Shown: positions 1 to 11,655 of the stretch, in pieces
Position numbering within the stretch: the stretch's first letter is position 1
How the letters are laid out: each line of letters starts with the position of its first letter
NCBI GenBank assembly: GCA_032718475.1
Contig: JAUCBJ010004510.1
Span: 24,459-88,458, forward strand
Direction: 5' to 3'
Source: Nemertoderma westbladi
Taxonomy: Eukaryota; Animalia; Xenacoelomorpha
Length of the DNA: 64,000 nucleotides
Made by a program: the position numbers and the translations under genes
Notes under the pieces: generated by a model
Told to the model about the DNA's origin: nothing
What the model saw: only the letters and a program-made list of their open reading frames with translations
Database searches by the model: none

Positions 1-3000
1 GGGAACTTGGGACTTGGATAGCTGGTCAACCACAAACGAAACTCTGAGTTCACCTCGTCGGGGTTGAAAGCTGCGCATATTCGTTCCAGACTAGTCATCC
101 ACGATGTTGCTAGATGGCAGTTTTGCAAGCAAACCCAGGATCCATCTTGTTTAGCCTTTTCTATAAGTTTCGAAGCAACCGGACCTTGACCTTGGCCTAA
201 AGATATTGCGTTGAATTTATCGCCGGAAAATCCTTTATCCCCCGCAAACTTAAGAAGAGCAGCCATGGGGTCAGCTCCCGGACTGAGGACGAAAACCAAA
301 GGAATAACAGCACTGGAATCGACATAACTTTTAGCCAAATCGAATGGAGGTGGTCGAACAAATTTACTCCCTAACTTTTCCATGACGAAGTTAATTACTC
401 TTGGAAGGATTTTATCGGGCCTTATAACCCTCAATACAACCAGTTTCTGGAATTCCTGCAACTTTCCGGCCCATGGATTTGGTAATTGCGCTTTGTGCGG
501 CTCTTTCTGCTCATAGAAATGTTTCCACGGTGGGATATCGTCACATAAGCTGTCCCGAATACCTTTAAAGCTTGGCAAATCATCTAGTCGACACAATTCA
601 TCCCAACTCTTATCTGACAACCACGAATTATCAGGATTAGCTAGTTTATTCTCCAAACCTACCCCACCTGTGAGGAAAAATTTCAATTCAGCAGGGTCCA
701 TTTCTTTTTTATGGAGGAGTAGATTGGAACACAAAACGAATGAAAAAATTAACTTATCCTTTTCAAATAATGACCTGCATACATTGCTATAAAGATTGTA
801 GGTAAAATGATCCGACAGATAGCGCAGCCTCTTATCCAGAATTTTACTTTTGTTACTGTCATGGATGCTGTTGATGAAGAGATTAATGAACCAGGTTAAC
901 GCGTATTGGTACATAGGATCAATGTTTCCAAGATCGGCAATTGAGAAGAATAGGATGCTCGAATGAATAGCTACAGGTTTATAACCCTGTCGAGCAATCT
1001 CAATCTTTTTCTGAGTTTCCTCAGCGACCTTCTGTTTTTTTGAGATATCATCACTAAGAATCTTAGAGGAGTCAAGAATTTCGATTGCAGATTCGTCCTC
1101 TAATATATTTCCTTCCTTACTCAATGTTTCAAGGATTTTATCTTCAATCTCTTTCAATGTTTTCTTGTTCGTAGCTGATTGGATAATAAGACTCTGTCTG
1201 TCATCTTCAAGCTCAGGACGTTCTTTTGCAACAACTATCCCCAAAAGCTGATCTTGCAAGCCTTCTGGCGTTATCATAAAATTAAGTAAAGTAACTTTCA
1301 CTGCCGTTTCAGGTAAGTAGTGGGGGTTTCTTAATTTTGTTGTGATATAAAACCTGAAATCTTGACTGTATTCTATAATGTTTTCTCCAAGTCGAATACA
1401 CTCTACACCGCTTTGCTTAAACGTCTGTTTTAGAAGAAGTGGCTCCAATGAGGGATCGAGATCTTCTCCAATATTTTCCAATAACAGGGGGTTTCCAAAT
1501 TGTATGCAGTTCTCCAAATTCCTCATATAATCAGGGTCAGTAAACTTTATAACCGATAATTGCTTGTCCTTCTCCATATTTTTGACCCATTTGTTTGCCT
1601 GGCCTTGGGGGTCAATCATCAATGGCCATCTTCTGGTGTTATCCACAATAACGCCATTGTCTATTGAGAAGTTGTCTGTGGGCAAACCGGCAATATTCCA
1701 AGCGCGAATTTTAATAGGTTCTCCCAGAGTGTTACTCAGAGAATATCCTTCTGAACAAGGTATCTTCCTTTTGACGCATTCCTTAGCCCAAGTTTCAGAA
1801 CAATCATTCCTATAACTTGCTGTAAAGGCACCAAGATAAGCAATAACTGCCGATGATATTAAAACATCACCCGGTAGATTATCATATGTTCTTTGCAGGT
1901 TTGCTGCCGCTGTGGTCCATCTATCCTTTTCACCTCCCAAACCTCCAATCAATTTCTCAGCACGAATCAACTTTTTACCACACAAATCCACTTGAAATTC
2001 CAATTCTTCCTTTTTCTTCGTTGTCTCGGCAAGGTCTCTGTGTAATGCGGCCAATCTCTCCTTGATGGCTGCTAGTTCAGCACGTTTTGCATTGAGTTGT
2101 GACGTGGCCTGCGATAGCATCAGTTCCGCCTCAGCCAATTTTAATTTCTTAGGAGCCACAACTTTTGCAACACGATCGTAGATCTCCATAGCTCTGACCC
2201 ATCTACAAAGACCTTCTGCAGCACTGCTAGCCTTAGCCACCTTTTCAGGCACGAATTCTGTGTTTGATATGTATTCGGTTCGAATCTTCTTCATAACAGG
2301 AATGGGAATGTTATCCTTATCATATGTTCTTAACGAAGCTAAAAAATTCATGTCACCAAGTAACTTCTTACTTGGGCCCCAGTAATCTTCAATCTTTTTG
2401 CCTGAACCAGAGGGGTCAGGAATACGGTCTGGCTTTATCTCTTGCATCACACATACGGATTCCATGACCAGTTTCACACCATGAGGGGGATTTTTCATGG
2501 ATTTCACTATCGATATATCAGCTGGTTTGAGAGTATCCAAGGCAGCCAGAGCAGCTTCTAGTGCCGGTATTGCTTCTGCAAGATCTGCTTCACATTCACT
2601 CTTCAGTGCCTGGGCTTCGGCTGCCTGTTCATTTACAATTGCTTCCTCTTTAGCAACAAGTTGACTCTTTGCTTCCACTTCAACTGACTCAGTTTCTATC
2701 ACAACAAACATTTTGGCGTTTTCATCTGCTGTAATAACTAACTGTGGTTTTAATTCTTCTAATTCAACCTGCATTTCAGCAACTTGAGTTGATGCAAACG
2801 CCAATTTTTCCAATCCAACAATGTACCTTCGTTTCGCTTTCATCACTTCCTCCTGTTTCAGATGAAGTAGCTTTTTAAACGATCCAATTAGTTCGAGGTA
2901 GGATGTTGGAGTGACATAGTTGTGGCGCCCAAGTTCGTTCAGAAACTTTTCCGAGAGATCAGAGGCGCTGGTGTGGAAATATTTACACAATGTGACAATC

Positions 3001-6000
3001 TCCCCCCTTTCTTCATCTTCAATTTCGACATTTTCCAAAAACTTATTAGCTACACGTTCCAAAGCATCCACAGGCCATGCTTGAAACCAGTCAATTGTGC
3101 AACAATTAATTAATGATGGAAATTGTCGCATTCTATTGCGAAATGCATCACCAATAGGCGAGAAAGCAATTACAATATGCAACTTTTCCTTAACTTGATT
3201 GACAAAGAAATTAAATAATGCTAAAGGGGAGAATTCAGCATTTTTGTCGCCAGCTGCTAAGAGTGCAGCTGGGCGGACAGTTTCTAAAACATCCTGTTTT
3301 TCATCTGGGGCATAAAGATTAGGAACTTCACCAGTATTCAGAAGATTGTCAATGTCTTCGAGAAAACTCTCGTATTTTATTTGTGTGTCAGTTACCAATA
3401 AAATTGTCGGTTTCCCAACCGCGCCAGCCTGCTTCAAGACGACTTTCAGATCTTCCCTCCACTCCACTGGACCATACTGTTTGGTTATCTCTGGTTGAAA
3501 AATGTTGAAACCCGACATAAACCCAGCCAATCGTGTCAGGGATTGGCGCCCGCTGCCTCCAACCCCAACCAATAATGCATTTCCTCCAGGTTGCTTCAAA
3601 ATTCGACTAATTCGTGACAAATGTTCCAGAACATACCTAAAAATAACTAAATTCATTTTAGCTTTGTTCACTTGGTTGTATTCATCCAATTGATGTTCTG
3701 AAATTTTGTTGAATTCTTCGATCTCTACAATCTCTTCATAAACACGCTCGTCAATATCACCATCTGGATTCATATAATCTCCAAACATCAATGACCTCAT
3801 GTCATCTTCAACCACTGACCGTCGTTCACCTCTTAAATTTTCAAAAACAGCATCGAATGATTCTTTGAAGTGGTCCTTGACGAGACTTTTTACCAGGTTG
3901 AAGAGCCAAGTTCTATCATTATCATCAATAAGCCTATCATAAAACACTCGGTAGACCTCATGAACCCAAAGTTTTGTGTAGGTCCGTTTATTTTCTACAG
4001 ACTGCTTCTTAATTAGAGTCACTCCATTGATTACCCTAGAAAAGTCTCTGAGATTGAAAACGTAATGAGATTTTGCAGGTGTTGGAAGGAGGTTACTCGT
4101 GGCTGCCTTGTAAACATCCATTGTGGCTGCAACTATAATTTGGCCAACCAAGTAAAAATCTGGGCTAAATTCTTCTTTTTTGAAATATAGTGTGCAAATA
4201 TTTGTGAATATTTTAACCATGGCGTCATCACTGAATGGATTCATGGCGATTATATTAAAATGGCGCATAAATCTAGGTGTGACAGCATTTTTCCCACCTG
4301 CTGGAGGTCCCATTGCCGCAACGAAAAGTAAATCAACGAGAGATAATTTTGATGTTTCTTTAAGATCATACCAATTTTTGTGGTCGAAATATTGGCGCAA
4401 CAACTCAATAGGTGGTTGAGCACCATAGATTTCTTTAGCTGGCATATTCATATCGTCCACAAATATAATGGACTTCTTACCAACTGGTGGTCCATAAATT
4501 CCCTTACGTCTTTTATCCAACTTGGACATAATTAAGTTCTGAACTTGATTAGCGCTTGTTTGTGCGGAAAAGTTAACAAATAGAGGAACAAAAGTGTCTT
4601 TGTCGAGATGATTCATAAGTTTGTCTTTAACATAGACACTCTTGCCAGTTCCCGTTGGGCCTACAAATAACGCAGCCCTATTGTTTTCCACACACTGACT
4701 CAAGAGATATGTGTACCGTGCTGTATCAACAGTTGGCACAATTATTTCATTTAGTTTCATTTTTGGGCTGGCCACCTCAATTTTTTTGATTGTCTCATTC
4801 CAATGCACCCACCGTCCTCTGTTCTTAGCCTCAAACATGTAATGGTAAACTTGCCCAGTATCGGGGAATGGTACATCAATTTTACCAACCTCAGAAGGAA
4901 TTTGAGGTAAATCTTTATTTTTGCCTTCAAAAATTTCACGAAGATATGCATCGAACTTTTCCATTCCATCACTGTCTGTTGTTGCGCCTACTGACCATGT
5001 TAAAGAGAAGAAAAATATTGACACCATCCAATTCTTAAGATATTTGCTGCTACGATTGTCTTCATTAGCATGCTTGGACATTAGAATGTCGTAAAAGTAC
5101 ATGAGGGACCTCACAAGGTTGATAGAGCTTGTCTTAACAAGTTCTTTACATGTGGTTTTAATGAATCTAATACATGGATCCACAAGCCATTCAAACATCG
5201 CTCTTATCAATTTCTCATAATCCTTATTCATCACCTCAGGAAGTTCATGTAGCCAGGACTCAAATATCGGTCTCCATCCGAGGCTTTCTGGTTCCATGTA
5301 AATCATACCGCATCGACTTACAGTAGCCGGAGATGCCTGAGAAAGATCATCTGTCTCAAACATTAGCGACATGGCATTGGACATCTGAATAATCTCACCG
5401 GACATCAAACACAACTTCTTGTTATCATCCAACACTGTGTTCATCGATTCAATCCACAGTGTATCTATGGGACCATCGAATACGACCCACTTTCTATCAG
5501 GCGTGTCGGTGGATGCAAACTCTCGGAATGTGTTCGCTACAACTCCATCTGTCCACTCATGGGAGACCGGATCGAACTGACCAAACAGTTGGCCCATAGT
5601 GACTGCCTTGGGATTGACAATCCGATAAATGGCCTTATTTTCTTCCATTTGACCACGTTCATTTAGCTTTGCTAACATATTAGCTAGACATTGGATGACA
5701 CATGTTTTTCCAGCAAACGGTTCACCAACCAACATGAAGCCATGCCGTACAACCATCATTTCGTATGTTTGTATAAGTTGCTCCATAAAACTTGGAACAG
5801 GTTGCAGCTTCATCTCCGCACATGCTTCGCGGGCAGCTGTTAAAAATTCTCCATAATCAGGTTCAGGCATTACAACTCCGGGAAACAAATCAGAAATAAT
5901 ACCATTGAACAATGGAATATCGTGTGATAAAAATTTTGGCAGGTTGACGTCAGTTATAGACCTCAGTAAAAGTATATCTTCATTTTGTTCAGGAAATGTT

Positions 6001-9000
6001 AATTTCAGATTTCCAGCAGCTATTAAAACAGCTTTGACCGCTCGCATTCCATAATCATAATGAAATTGGCTAGAAAGTTGCTCGGAGCATAGCCTATATG
6101 TCATGACAATTTTAACAGCCAAATTTCTAGCATCAAGAAAACCGCATGAATATAGAGATATCTCAGCAATCAAAGCATAGTCTGGAACCATCATCGCTAC
6201 TGTGCGAAACAGGACTTTAAGATTGTCTGGCAGTTCAGAACGTCCTGCATATCCTGGATTCATTGTAATAGCAACAAAACAATTAGGATTCAAATCAATT
6301 TCCGTTCCCTCAAACATGAAACGATCGAGACCATCTTGAACAGCCCTCTGAATTGCCAAAATTTGCTGGGCAACAACAGACAATACCTCCAGTTCAATGC
6401 GATTGAATTCATCAAAGCAAGCCCAGGCGCCGGCTGAAGCCAAACCTTTAAAAAATTTACTCATGGCCAAATAGTCCAAACCGTCACTACAGTTGAACAC
6501 CACACATTGGACAGCTAATGCTTTGGCTAAATCTTTAGTTGTTTCAGTTTTCCCTGTGCCCGCTGGTCCTTCTGGAGCACCTCCTAAATTAAGGTTAAAT
6601 GCACCAATCAAAGTGCGATAACATCTATCAGTGAGCGGTGTGATAACTAGCCTAGGTGAATTCCCAAGGTATTCGTAAGCATACTTACAATTGGCATTGA
6701 TAATTTTAACTCGGCAATTATCATTCTCCCAATAGTATCGCAACTGTGACAACCACTTGAAATCATTTTCAGAAGTCACCCCAGCTTTAGTAATAGATTC
6801 AACTACATCCCTAGCATGAACATCAATAGTTACCAACGCCCCTAATGTTATTCGAGTCTGTTTCTCCAATTTACCTCTTACCATTTCAACAATATCTCCC
6901 AGTTGTTTCATCAACGCATCATAAAAGGGACCCAAGGCGTTGTCATTGATAGCTTGATGGACGTCCTGTGTCCAGAAAATTTGAGATACACACAAGACAA
7001 CCTGACCTGGCCATTCTCTGGTCCACTGCGGTCTACTAGGAGTTAATAGATATGCATCTATCGATTTCTCAATAACATCACGGACTGACTGGAGCATGAC
7101 GTCTTGAACTTGTAGCAGCCACTTTTCAACAGCACCCCGAGCTTCGGATGTGGAAATTACAGTTGACAACTTCACCTTTTCGCCTTCACTGCTAAACATT
7201 GCAGTGATATCTAAGCTTGGTGTAAATTCGAGCTTGGCTACACCCTCAAAACATTTCTTCAGATGGGGCTGAACTCTTGTGGGATCTTTAGTTTCAGACA
7301 GAATTTCTAACATTTCATCGTTTGAGAGAAAGAAAAACCGAGGAAAGAATAGTCGTTTCTTCTCAAGGTAAGCATTAAGCCCCTTAAGAATTTTCTCAAG
7401 AAGTTCGTTCGCATCTTGTAGTCTTTCCAATAATCCAGCGAGACCAGCAGCGACCAAGACATGCGGATCCTTCACGGTATTCCTCATAACTTCCTTGAAT
7501 TGTTTGTCAACCATTGTAAATAAACGGCCTTCCTCTGGCATTTGTTGCATGATGTCAGGACTTGAGAATATTGGCTCCAAATAGAGCCACTGTGACTGGA
7601 CTTTGAGCCATTCATCGATAGTCTCCTGAGTTCGCATCAGCTTATCCTCCCAGTCCTTGATTTCCACGCGAAATGGTTTGATAAAGGGGGAGCCCCTCAT
7701 AGTTTGGGTCTTAACAATGTGATCATCGAGTATTGTTTGTATTTCATCCACCGAAGATAATATCTTTATGCCAGTGTCTCTGTACTCAGTAAGAATAAAC
7801 AAAATTGATTCCCATTCTTCAGACATCTTATGCATGGCTTTCTCTAGAGAGTACTCCTTACTCGCTGAACCACTTATAGTTTCAAACTGCTCCATGTATG
7901 GTTCTAATTCCAATTTCAAGACTTTTCGAAGAGTTGTCCCTGAATCCGGAGTAATATCTCGCTCAACTATATCATTCATTAACTTCCAATGTCTTTGTCT
8001 TATACCAGGATTGCAAAGTATACTAACTGTTGGAATATATTCTTTGAAGTCTCTGATCCCATTCATTACCATTTCTGTAACTCGAATACTTTCCCACTCC
8101 TCTTCAACTTCAGCATCTGCCTCTTCGTCATCATCCTTTCTCTTTCTACGAACGACTTCCTCTTTGCCAGACTTTTCTAACATATCCTTCTTTTTCAAGT
8201 TCAAAAAATACTTATTCAATTTATAAATTTCCCGCCAGTAATCGTCAACTTCACCTTCAATTGTCTCTGAATCTAGTTCTAAGAAGGCCCCATCCATCCA
8301 TTTCTTTTCAGCCCTCTGCCAACGCACCACCAAACCAAAGAGTTTCTGGAACGGCTCCAACCCTGACTGGATTTCATCCGGTTCAGTGAATTCAGTTAGT
8401 TCTAATTTAAACAATTCTTCCTCCTTGTTTACAAATTCAATATCAACCCGGGCGTCCACAAGTCGTTTCTGTAACACTCGAACATCGTTCACGTACTGAA
8501 GCATCTGTTCCATTTCTCCACATTGTCGTAATTCCACTACTCTTTTCAATAACTTCTGAAGCTCAAGTATGACGGCTTCTTTGCGTTGTATGAGGATACT
8601 CTCACGCTCTTTCCTTGCAGCTTCAACTAAATCATCATTGTCATCAAACACGGGATTAATTTCCTTAGGCCACATGAGTACAGTGTTATTGAGAATCATA
8701 TCCTCCCTACTGAACATATACACGTCGAGGAGGTATTTCAACCTGGTTTGAACTTGTTGAATGCGTTCATTGAGTTGAAGAGCGCCTATTGTTCTGGCGT
8801 GTTCAACAAATTTAGTCATCGCCGTGAGCTCCTCTGTATTCTCGGGCACTTTGAGGGCAACCTCCTTTACATGTTCATAAACGGCGCAGATGCTGAGATT
8901 CTCTACGCGATGGTCATCTGCAAGTCGATCCAACAACATATCGGACATTTGTTTGGCCTTGTCAACTAGTCCAGTCTTGAGATCCTCACAGTTAAGCATA

Positions 9001-10433
9001 ACCATGTCGAAATAGACTAATGAATCCAGACTCCTGATATCCGCTGACACTTCTGCAAACATTTTGATATAGTCAGTGTACTCTTGGAAGGTGTGTTCTT
9101 CATTCAGAAATGTTTGAACACGATCCATTTCTTCACCGTTACACAAATAATTGTATTTATCTATATAGGCTTGAAGATAGGCATGTGGTTCCTCAAAATT
9201 CCGTTTAATCGACTCTTTTAAGGCTTTGTGGGAAACCCCAATGATGTAATCGGAACAAGTAACGTCCACTGTTTCTGTTGTTTCCCCTGACAACCAGGAA
9301 GATACCGTAGACACGTTTTGCATGGCTTTACTGATCTGAGTGACCACAGAGATGCAGGTTACATCAAGGTCACCTGGTGGTGGATAGAACTCCATAGTAT
9401 CATCGTCTAGAGTTAATTCCATTTTAAACATTGGCAGTTGGTCAGAGTTATCTATATGGAATAGACTCACCCAAGCTTCTATCGTCCGGTGTAAAAATGA
9501 TTTTAGTTGGTTGGAAAGCAAAGTCGACACACTTTGATAAAACGACTCAATACGAGGAGCGGGAATATCTGTGAATTTCGACTTGTCGATAAAAATATTG
9601 ATAACTTCAGGAAACCATCTACTGACTAGACGTTCTTCGGCTTTTTCAATATCTAAAATGACGTTATTTTTCAAACTTTCCAGGTTAATTGGTCCCTGTC
9701 TCCTTAAATTTGACATATCAACAAGCAGCATGTGCCCTAGATTTCTTTGACACATGTCCAACACCTGCTGCATGGACGGGTGCAGAATATGTAGGACTTC
9801 TTTAATTTTGTTTCTGGACCTGATGTAGTTTTTGCGCCATGGGCTGGAGAAATCGAGGCCAGTGGGTTCGCGAGCCGGTGGTCTGGTATCATCGCCCTCC
9901 AGACCTTTGACGGGGGGTTTTATTAAAGTCTGGCCGACAGTGGCTTTGTGAATGTTCCTCACGTATTCCCCACGAACCTCTTCAAAAAGACGTTCTATGC
10001 TCAACTTCAAATATTTTTTTTTCTGCAACCTTGGCGGGATCATTCTTAATATTGATTTTTCACAGTCTTTCGACATGGGTACAACCGGGCAAGCTTCCAC
10101 ACATTTTTTCATGAAGATGTAATTCAACCGCATTCGTCTTTCTTTGCTCATCATTGAGGGTGGGTAATCTGGCTCTTCCTCGGCAGTTGGAGAACGTTCC
10201 ACTTTCTCCACCATTTCCTCCATGGACTGACAGGCCCTTTGGAAGACAATATCAGCGAGTAGACCCTCGATCTGCTTGGAGCGTCGGTAGTTCATCAGCA
10301 TGGCAGTTTGTGACCCCGGGGTGCCCGGAGTGCGACGGGTCACTGTGGGTATCGGAGGCAGGGGAGGTAACTCGTTGGGCCTCGAACCGTCCCGGTTGTC
10401 GCGATGCACCCCAGCCGAGGGCCGTTGCTCCAT
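1..10433 (-). CDS. DNAH12: Axonemal inner-arm dynein heavy chain, DNAH12-like; intronless; 3' end lies beyond the left window edge
   Basis: ATG at 10433 (MEQRPSAG...). The same frame was spot-checked at the AAA1 P-loop GPAGTGKTET (~6540-6575) and at the window edge (FRLWLTSYPSPKFP). Also reads AAA2 GEPFAGKT, AAA3 GPTGTGKS, AAA4 GVGGSGRQS and FPRFFFLSNDEMLEIL. N-terminal YIFMKKCVE, KPPVKGLE and LDFSSPW resemble DNAH12 as recalled. Absent from the ORF track because there is no stop in the window. Confidence 0.93.
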   Translation of the reverse strand, partial: MEQRPSAGVHRDNRDGSRPNELPPLPPIPTVTRRTPGTPGSQTAMLMNYRRSKQIEGLLADIVFQRACQSMEEMVEKVERSPTAEEEPDYPPSMMSKERRMRLNYIFMKKCVEACPVVPMSKDCEKSILRMIPPRLQKKKYLKLSIERLFEEVRGEYVRNIHKATVGQTLIKPPVKGLEGDDTRPPAREPTGLDFSSPWRKNYIRSRNKIKEVLHILHPSMQQVLDMCQRNLGHMLLVDMSNLRRQGPINLESLKNNVILDIEKAEERLVSRWFPEVINIFIDKSKFTDIPAPRIESFYQSVSTLLSNQLKSFLHRTIEAWVSLFHIDNSDQLPMFKMELTLDDDTMEFYPPPGDLDVTCISVVTQISKAMQNVSTVSSWLSGETTETVDVTCSDYIIGVSHKALKESIKRNFEEPHAYLQAYIDKYNYLCNGEEMDRVQTFLNEEHTFQEYTDYIKMFAEVSADIRSLDSLVYFDMVMLNCEDLKTGLVDKAKQMSDMLLDRLADDHRVENLSICAVYEHVKEVALKVPENTEELTAMTKFVEHARTIGALQLNERIQQVQTRLKYLLDVYMFSREDMILNNTVLMWPKEINPVFDDNDDLVEAARKERESILIQRKEAVILELQKLLKRVVELRQCGEMEQMLQYVNDVRVLQKRLVDARVDIEFVNKEEELFKLELTEFTEPDEIQSGLEPFQKLFGLVVRWQRAEKKWMDGAFLELDSETIEGEVDDYWREIYKLNKYFLNLKKKDMLEKSGKEEVVRRKRKDDDEEADAEVEEEWESIRVTEMVMNGIRDFKEYIPTVSILCNPGIRQRHWKLMNDIVERDITPDSGTTLRKVLKLELEPYMEQFETISGSASKEYSLEKAMHKMSEEWESILFILTEYRDTGIKILSSVDEIQTILDDHIVKTQTMRGSPFIKPFRVEIKDWEDKLMRTQETIDEWLKVQSQWLYLEPIFSSPDIMQQMPEEGRLFTMVDKQFKEVMRNTVKDPHVLVAAGLAGLLERLQDANELLEKILKGLNAYLEKKRLFFPRFFFLSNDEMLEILSETKDPTRVQPHLKKCFEGVAKLEFTPSLDITAMFSSEGEKVKLSTVISTSEARGAVEKWLLQVQDVMLQSVRDVIEKSIDAYLLTPSRPQWTREWPGQVVLCVSQIFWTQDVHQAINDNALGPFYDALMKQLGDIVEMVRGKLEKQTRITLGALVTIDVHARDVVESITKAGVTSENDFKWLSQLRYYWENDNCRVKIINANCKYAYEYLGNSPRLVITPLTDRCYRTLIGAFNLNLGGAPEGPAGTGKTETTKDLAKALAVQCVVFNCSDGLDYLAMSKFFKGLASAGAWACFDEFNRIELEVLSVVAQQILAIQRAVQDGLDRFMFEGTEIDLNPNCFVAITMNPGYAGRSELPDNLKVLFRTVAMMVPDYALIAEISLYSCGFLDARNLAVKIVMTYRLCSEQLSSQFHYDYGMRAVKAVLIAAGNLKLTFPEQNEDILLLRSITDVNLPKFLSHDIPLFNGIISDLFPGVVMPEPDYGEFLTAAREACAEMKLQPVPSFMEQLIQTYEMMVVRHGFMLVGEPFAGKTCVIQCLANMLAKLNERGQMEENKAIYRIVNPKAVTMGQLFGQFDPVSHEWTDGVVANTFREFASTDTPDRKWVVFDGPIDTLWIESMNTVLDDNKKLCLMSGEIIQMSNAMSLMFETDDLSQASPATVSRCGMIYMEPESLGWRPIFESWLHELPEVMNKDYEKLIRAMFEWLVDPCIRFIKTTCKELVKTSSINLVRSLMYFYDILMSKHANEDNRSSKYLKNWMVSIFFFSLTWSVGATTDSDGMEKFDAYLREIFEGKNKDLPQIPSEVGKIDVPFPDTGQVYHYMFEAKNRGRWVHWNETIKKIEVASPKMKLNEIIVPTVDTARYTYLLSQCVENNRAALFVGPTGTGKSVYVKDKLMNHLDKDTFVPLFVNFSAQTSANQVQNLIMSKLDKRRKGIYGPPVGKKSIIFVDDMNMPAKEIYGAQPPIELLRQYFDHKNWYDLKETSKLSLVDLLFVAAMGPPAGGKNAVTPRFMRHFNIIAMNPFSDDAMVKIFTNICTLYFKKEEFSPDFYLVGQIIVAATMDVYKAATSNLLPTPAKSHYVFNLRDFSRVINGVTLIKKQSVENKRTYTKLWVHEVYRVFYDRLIDDNDRTWLFNLVKSLVKDHFKESFDAVFENLRGERRSVVEDDMRSLMFGDYMNPDGDIDERVYEEIVEIEEFNKISEHQLDEYNQVNKAKMNLVIFRYVLEHLSRISRILKQPGGNALLVGVGGSGRQSLTRLAGFMSGFNIFQPEITKQYGPVEWREDLKVVLKQAGAVGKPTILLVTDTQIKYESFLEDIDNLLNTGEVPNLYAPDEKQDVLETVRPAALLAAGDKNAEFSPLALFNFFVNQVKEKLHIVIAFSPIGDAFRNRMRQFPSLINCCTIDWFQAWPVDALERVANKFLENVEIEDEERGEIVTLCKYFHTSASDLSEKFLNELGRHNYVTPTSYLELIGSFKKLLHLKQEEVMKAKRRYIVGLEKLAFASTQVAEMQVELEELKPQLVITADENAKMFVVIETESVEVEAKSQLVAKEEAIVNEQAAEAQALKSECEADLAEAIPALEAALAALDTLKPADISIVKSMKNPPHGVKLVMESVCVMQEIKPDRIPDPSGSGKKIEDYWGPSKKLLGDMNFLASLRTYDKDNIPIPVMKKIRTEYISNTEFVPEKVAKASSAAEGLCRWVRAMEIYDRVAKVVAPKKLKLAEAELMLSQATSQLNAKRAELAAIKERLAALHRDLAETTKKKEELEFQVDLCGKKLIRAEKLIGGLGGEKDRWTTAAANLQRTYDNLPGDVLISSAVIAYLGAFTASYRNDCSETWAKECVKRKIPCSEGYSLSNTLGEPIKIRAWNIAGLPTDNFSIDNGVIVDNTRRWPLMIDPQGQANKWVKNMEKDKQLSVIKFTDPDYMRNLENCIQFGNPLLLENIGEDLDPSLEPLLLKQTFKQSGVECIRLGENIIEYSQDFRFYITTKLRNPHYLPETAVKVTLLNFMITPEGLQDQLLGIVVAKERPELEDDRQSLIIQSATNKKTLKEIEDKILETLSKEGNILEDESAIEILDSSKILSDDISKKQKVAEETQKKIEIARQGYKPVAIHSSILFFSIADLGNIDPMYQYALTWFINLFINSIHDSNKSKILDKRLRYLSDHFTYNLYSNVCRSLFEKDKLIFSFVLCSNLLLHKKEMDPAELKFFLTGGVGLENKLANPDNSWLSDKSWDELCRLDDLPSFKGIRDSLCDDIPPWKHFYEQKEPHKAQLPNPWAGKLQEFQKLVVLRVIRPDKILPRVINFVMEKLGSKFVRPPPFDLAKSYVDSSAVIPLVFVLSPGADPMAALLKFAGDKGFSGDKFNAISLGQGQGPVASKLIEKAKQDGSWVCLQNCHLATSWMTSLERICAAFNPDEVNSEFRLWLTSYPSPKF

Positions 10434-10794
10434 TATAATTATTTTACACTCAAAGTATAAAAATATAATGAGTTTTTAGTTTAAAGAATTTATAGGTGGA
10501 TATATTCGTTGTATGCAATAACAATTAAGTTTTAAACCAATACAATTTGTAAATAATTCCAGCGCAATTTTAATAAAATTATTCAAATAAATTTAAAATA
10601 AAACCACATTATTCTATTTCGTAAGGTCATCAAAAGGTTATTTTTAATTAGCAAAATACAACTTAGTGATCTAAACACAAAATTCGATAATAAATATGTT
10701 AATTCTCTTAGCTATAGTATGGCGATTTATATTAAACACCATGTTAATTGTTAACAATTGCTAATTTTTTAGCTAGTGTATTGTATTTGTCGTA

Positions 10795-10823
10795 GTTACC
10801 CCAACAACGGTTGCCATAACCAC
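10795..10823. promoter_or_regulatory. Tandem RFX X-box-like motifs upstream of the dynein gene
   Basis: GTTACCCCAACAAC (10795-10808) and GTTGCCATAACCAC (10810-10823), ~370 bp upstream of the ATG, with ATTGG (CCAAT box) at 10874-10878. X-boxes are established regulators of ciliary genes. Confidence 0.5.
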
Positions 10824-11655
10824 AACTTAATAAAACACTGGCAGGAGGTGTGATGGAGAACGCGGGCGCTGTGATTGGTTACATCAGTGGAACTGAATGA
10901 TAGGTGCCAAGTTCAAATACAGTAAACTAATAATCAATCTATTTCACTGAATGTGCAGTAAATTTGACTTTCCACTTTTATTAATAGTAATTTGTGATAT
11001 ACAATACATATTATATTTCATGCAAACAATATAATCACTAATTTTTTATACATCAGATGATAACGATATTTCTAAATTGAGACGTTATAAAGTGGTAAAT
11101 GTATGAAGGGGTAGATTATTCCATGAAGTACATAATTTTATTGTTAAATTATTTCAATATTGGTTCCAAGCATTCGAAATAGAGCAATATAGTTTGGTTT
11201 CAAAAAACTTTTTGTACTAAAAGTATATTCGGTGCAGAGTGAGCCATAAAGTCAACTGAATGTGATGAAAACGAGCCAGGTACAGAATTCTAGTTTTGAG
11301 CTATATATTTCATTCATTATATTTTTTTCACATCTGTTTTTTAAGGCTTTTAAGAAATTGCTTCAATCGTATTCAATCAGTCTATTCAATTTCATTAGAT
11401 ATAATCATAATTAGAAAGCTGGATTAGCAAACGGACTTTAAATCTGTGAAGAACATCATGATTCCGTTGAGAAATAGCTGAGATAAATTGCTTGTTTGAT
11501 TTTGGGCACGTGAAGTGGTATTCTGGAACAGTTTTTATAATAATTATTACTGATAGTGAGGCTCTACAATATTTACTAAAAAAGAATAGCCTCGTCTCAC
11601 GCAGCCGCAAAAACATGTAGATTTCGAACTATCATATCTCTACTATTCTCGAGTC

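Noticed and set aside
1564-10438. Short ORFs listed in the track across the first 10 kb
   Set aside because: Antisense or alternate-frame shadows of the dynein CDS.
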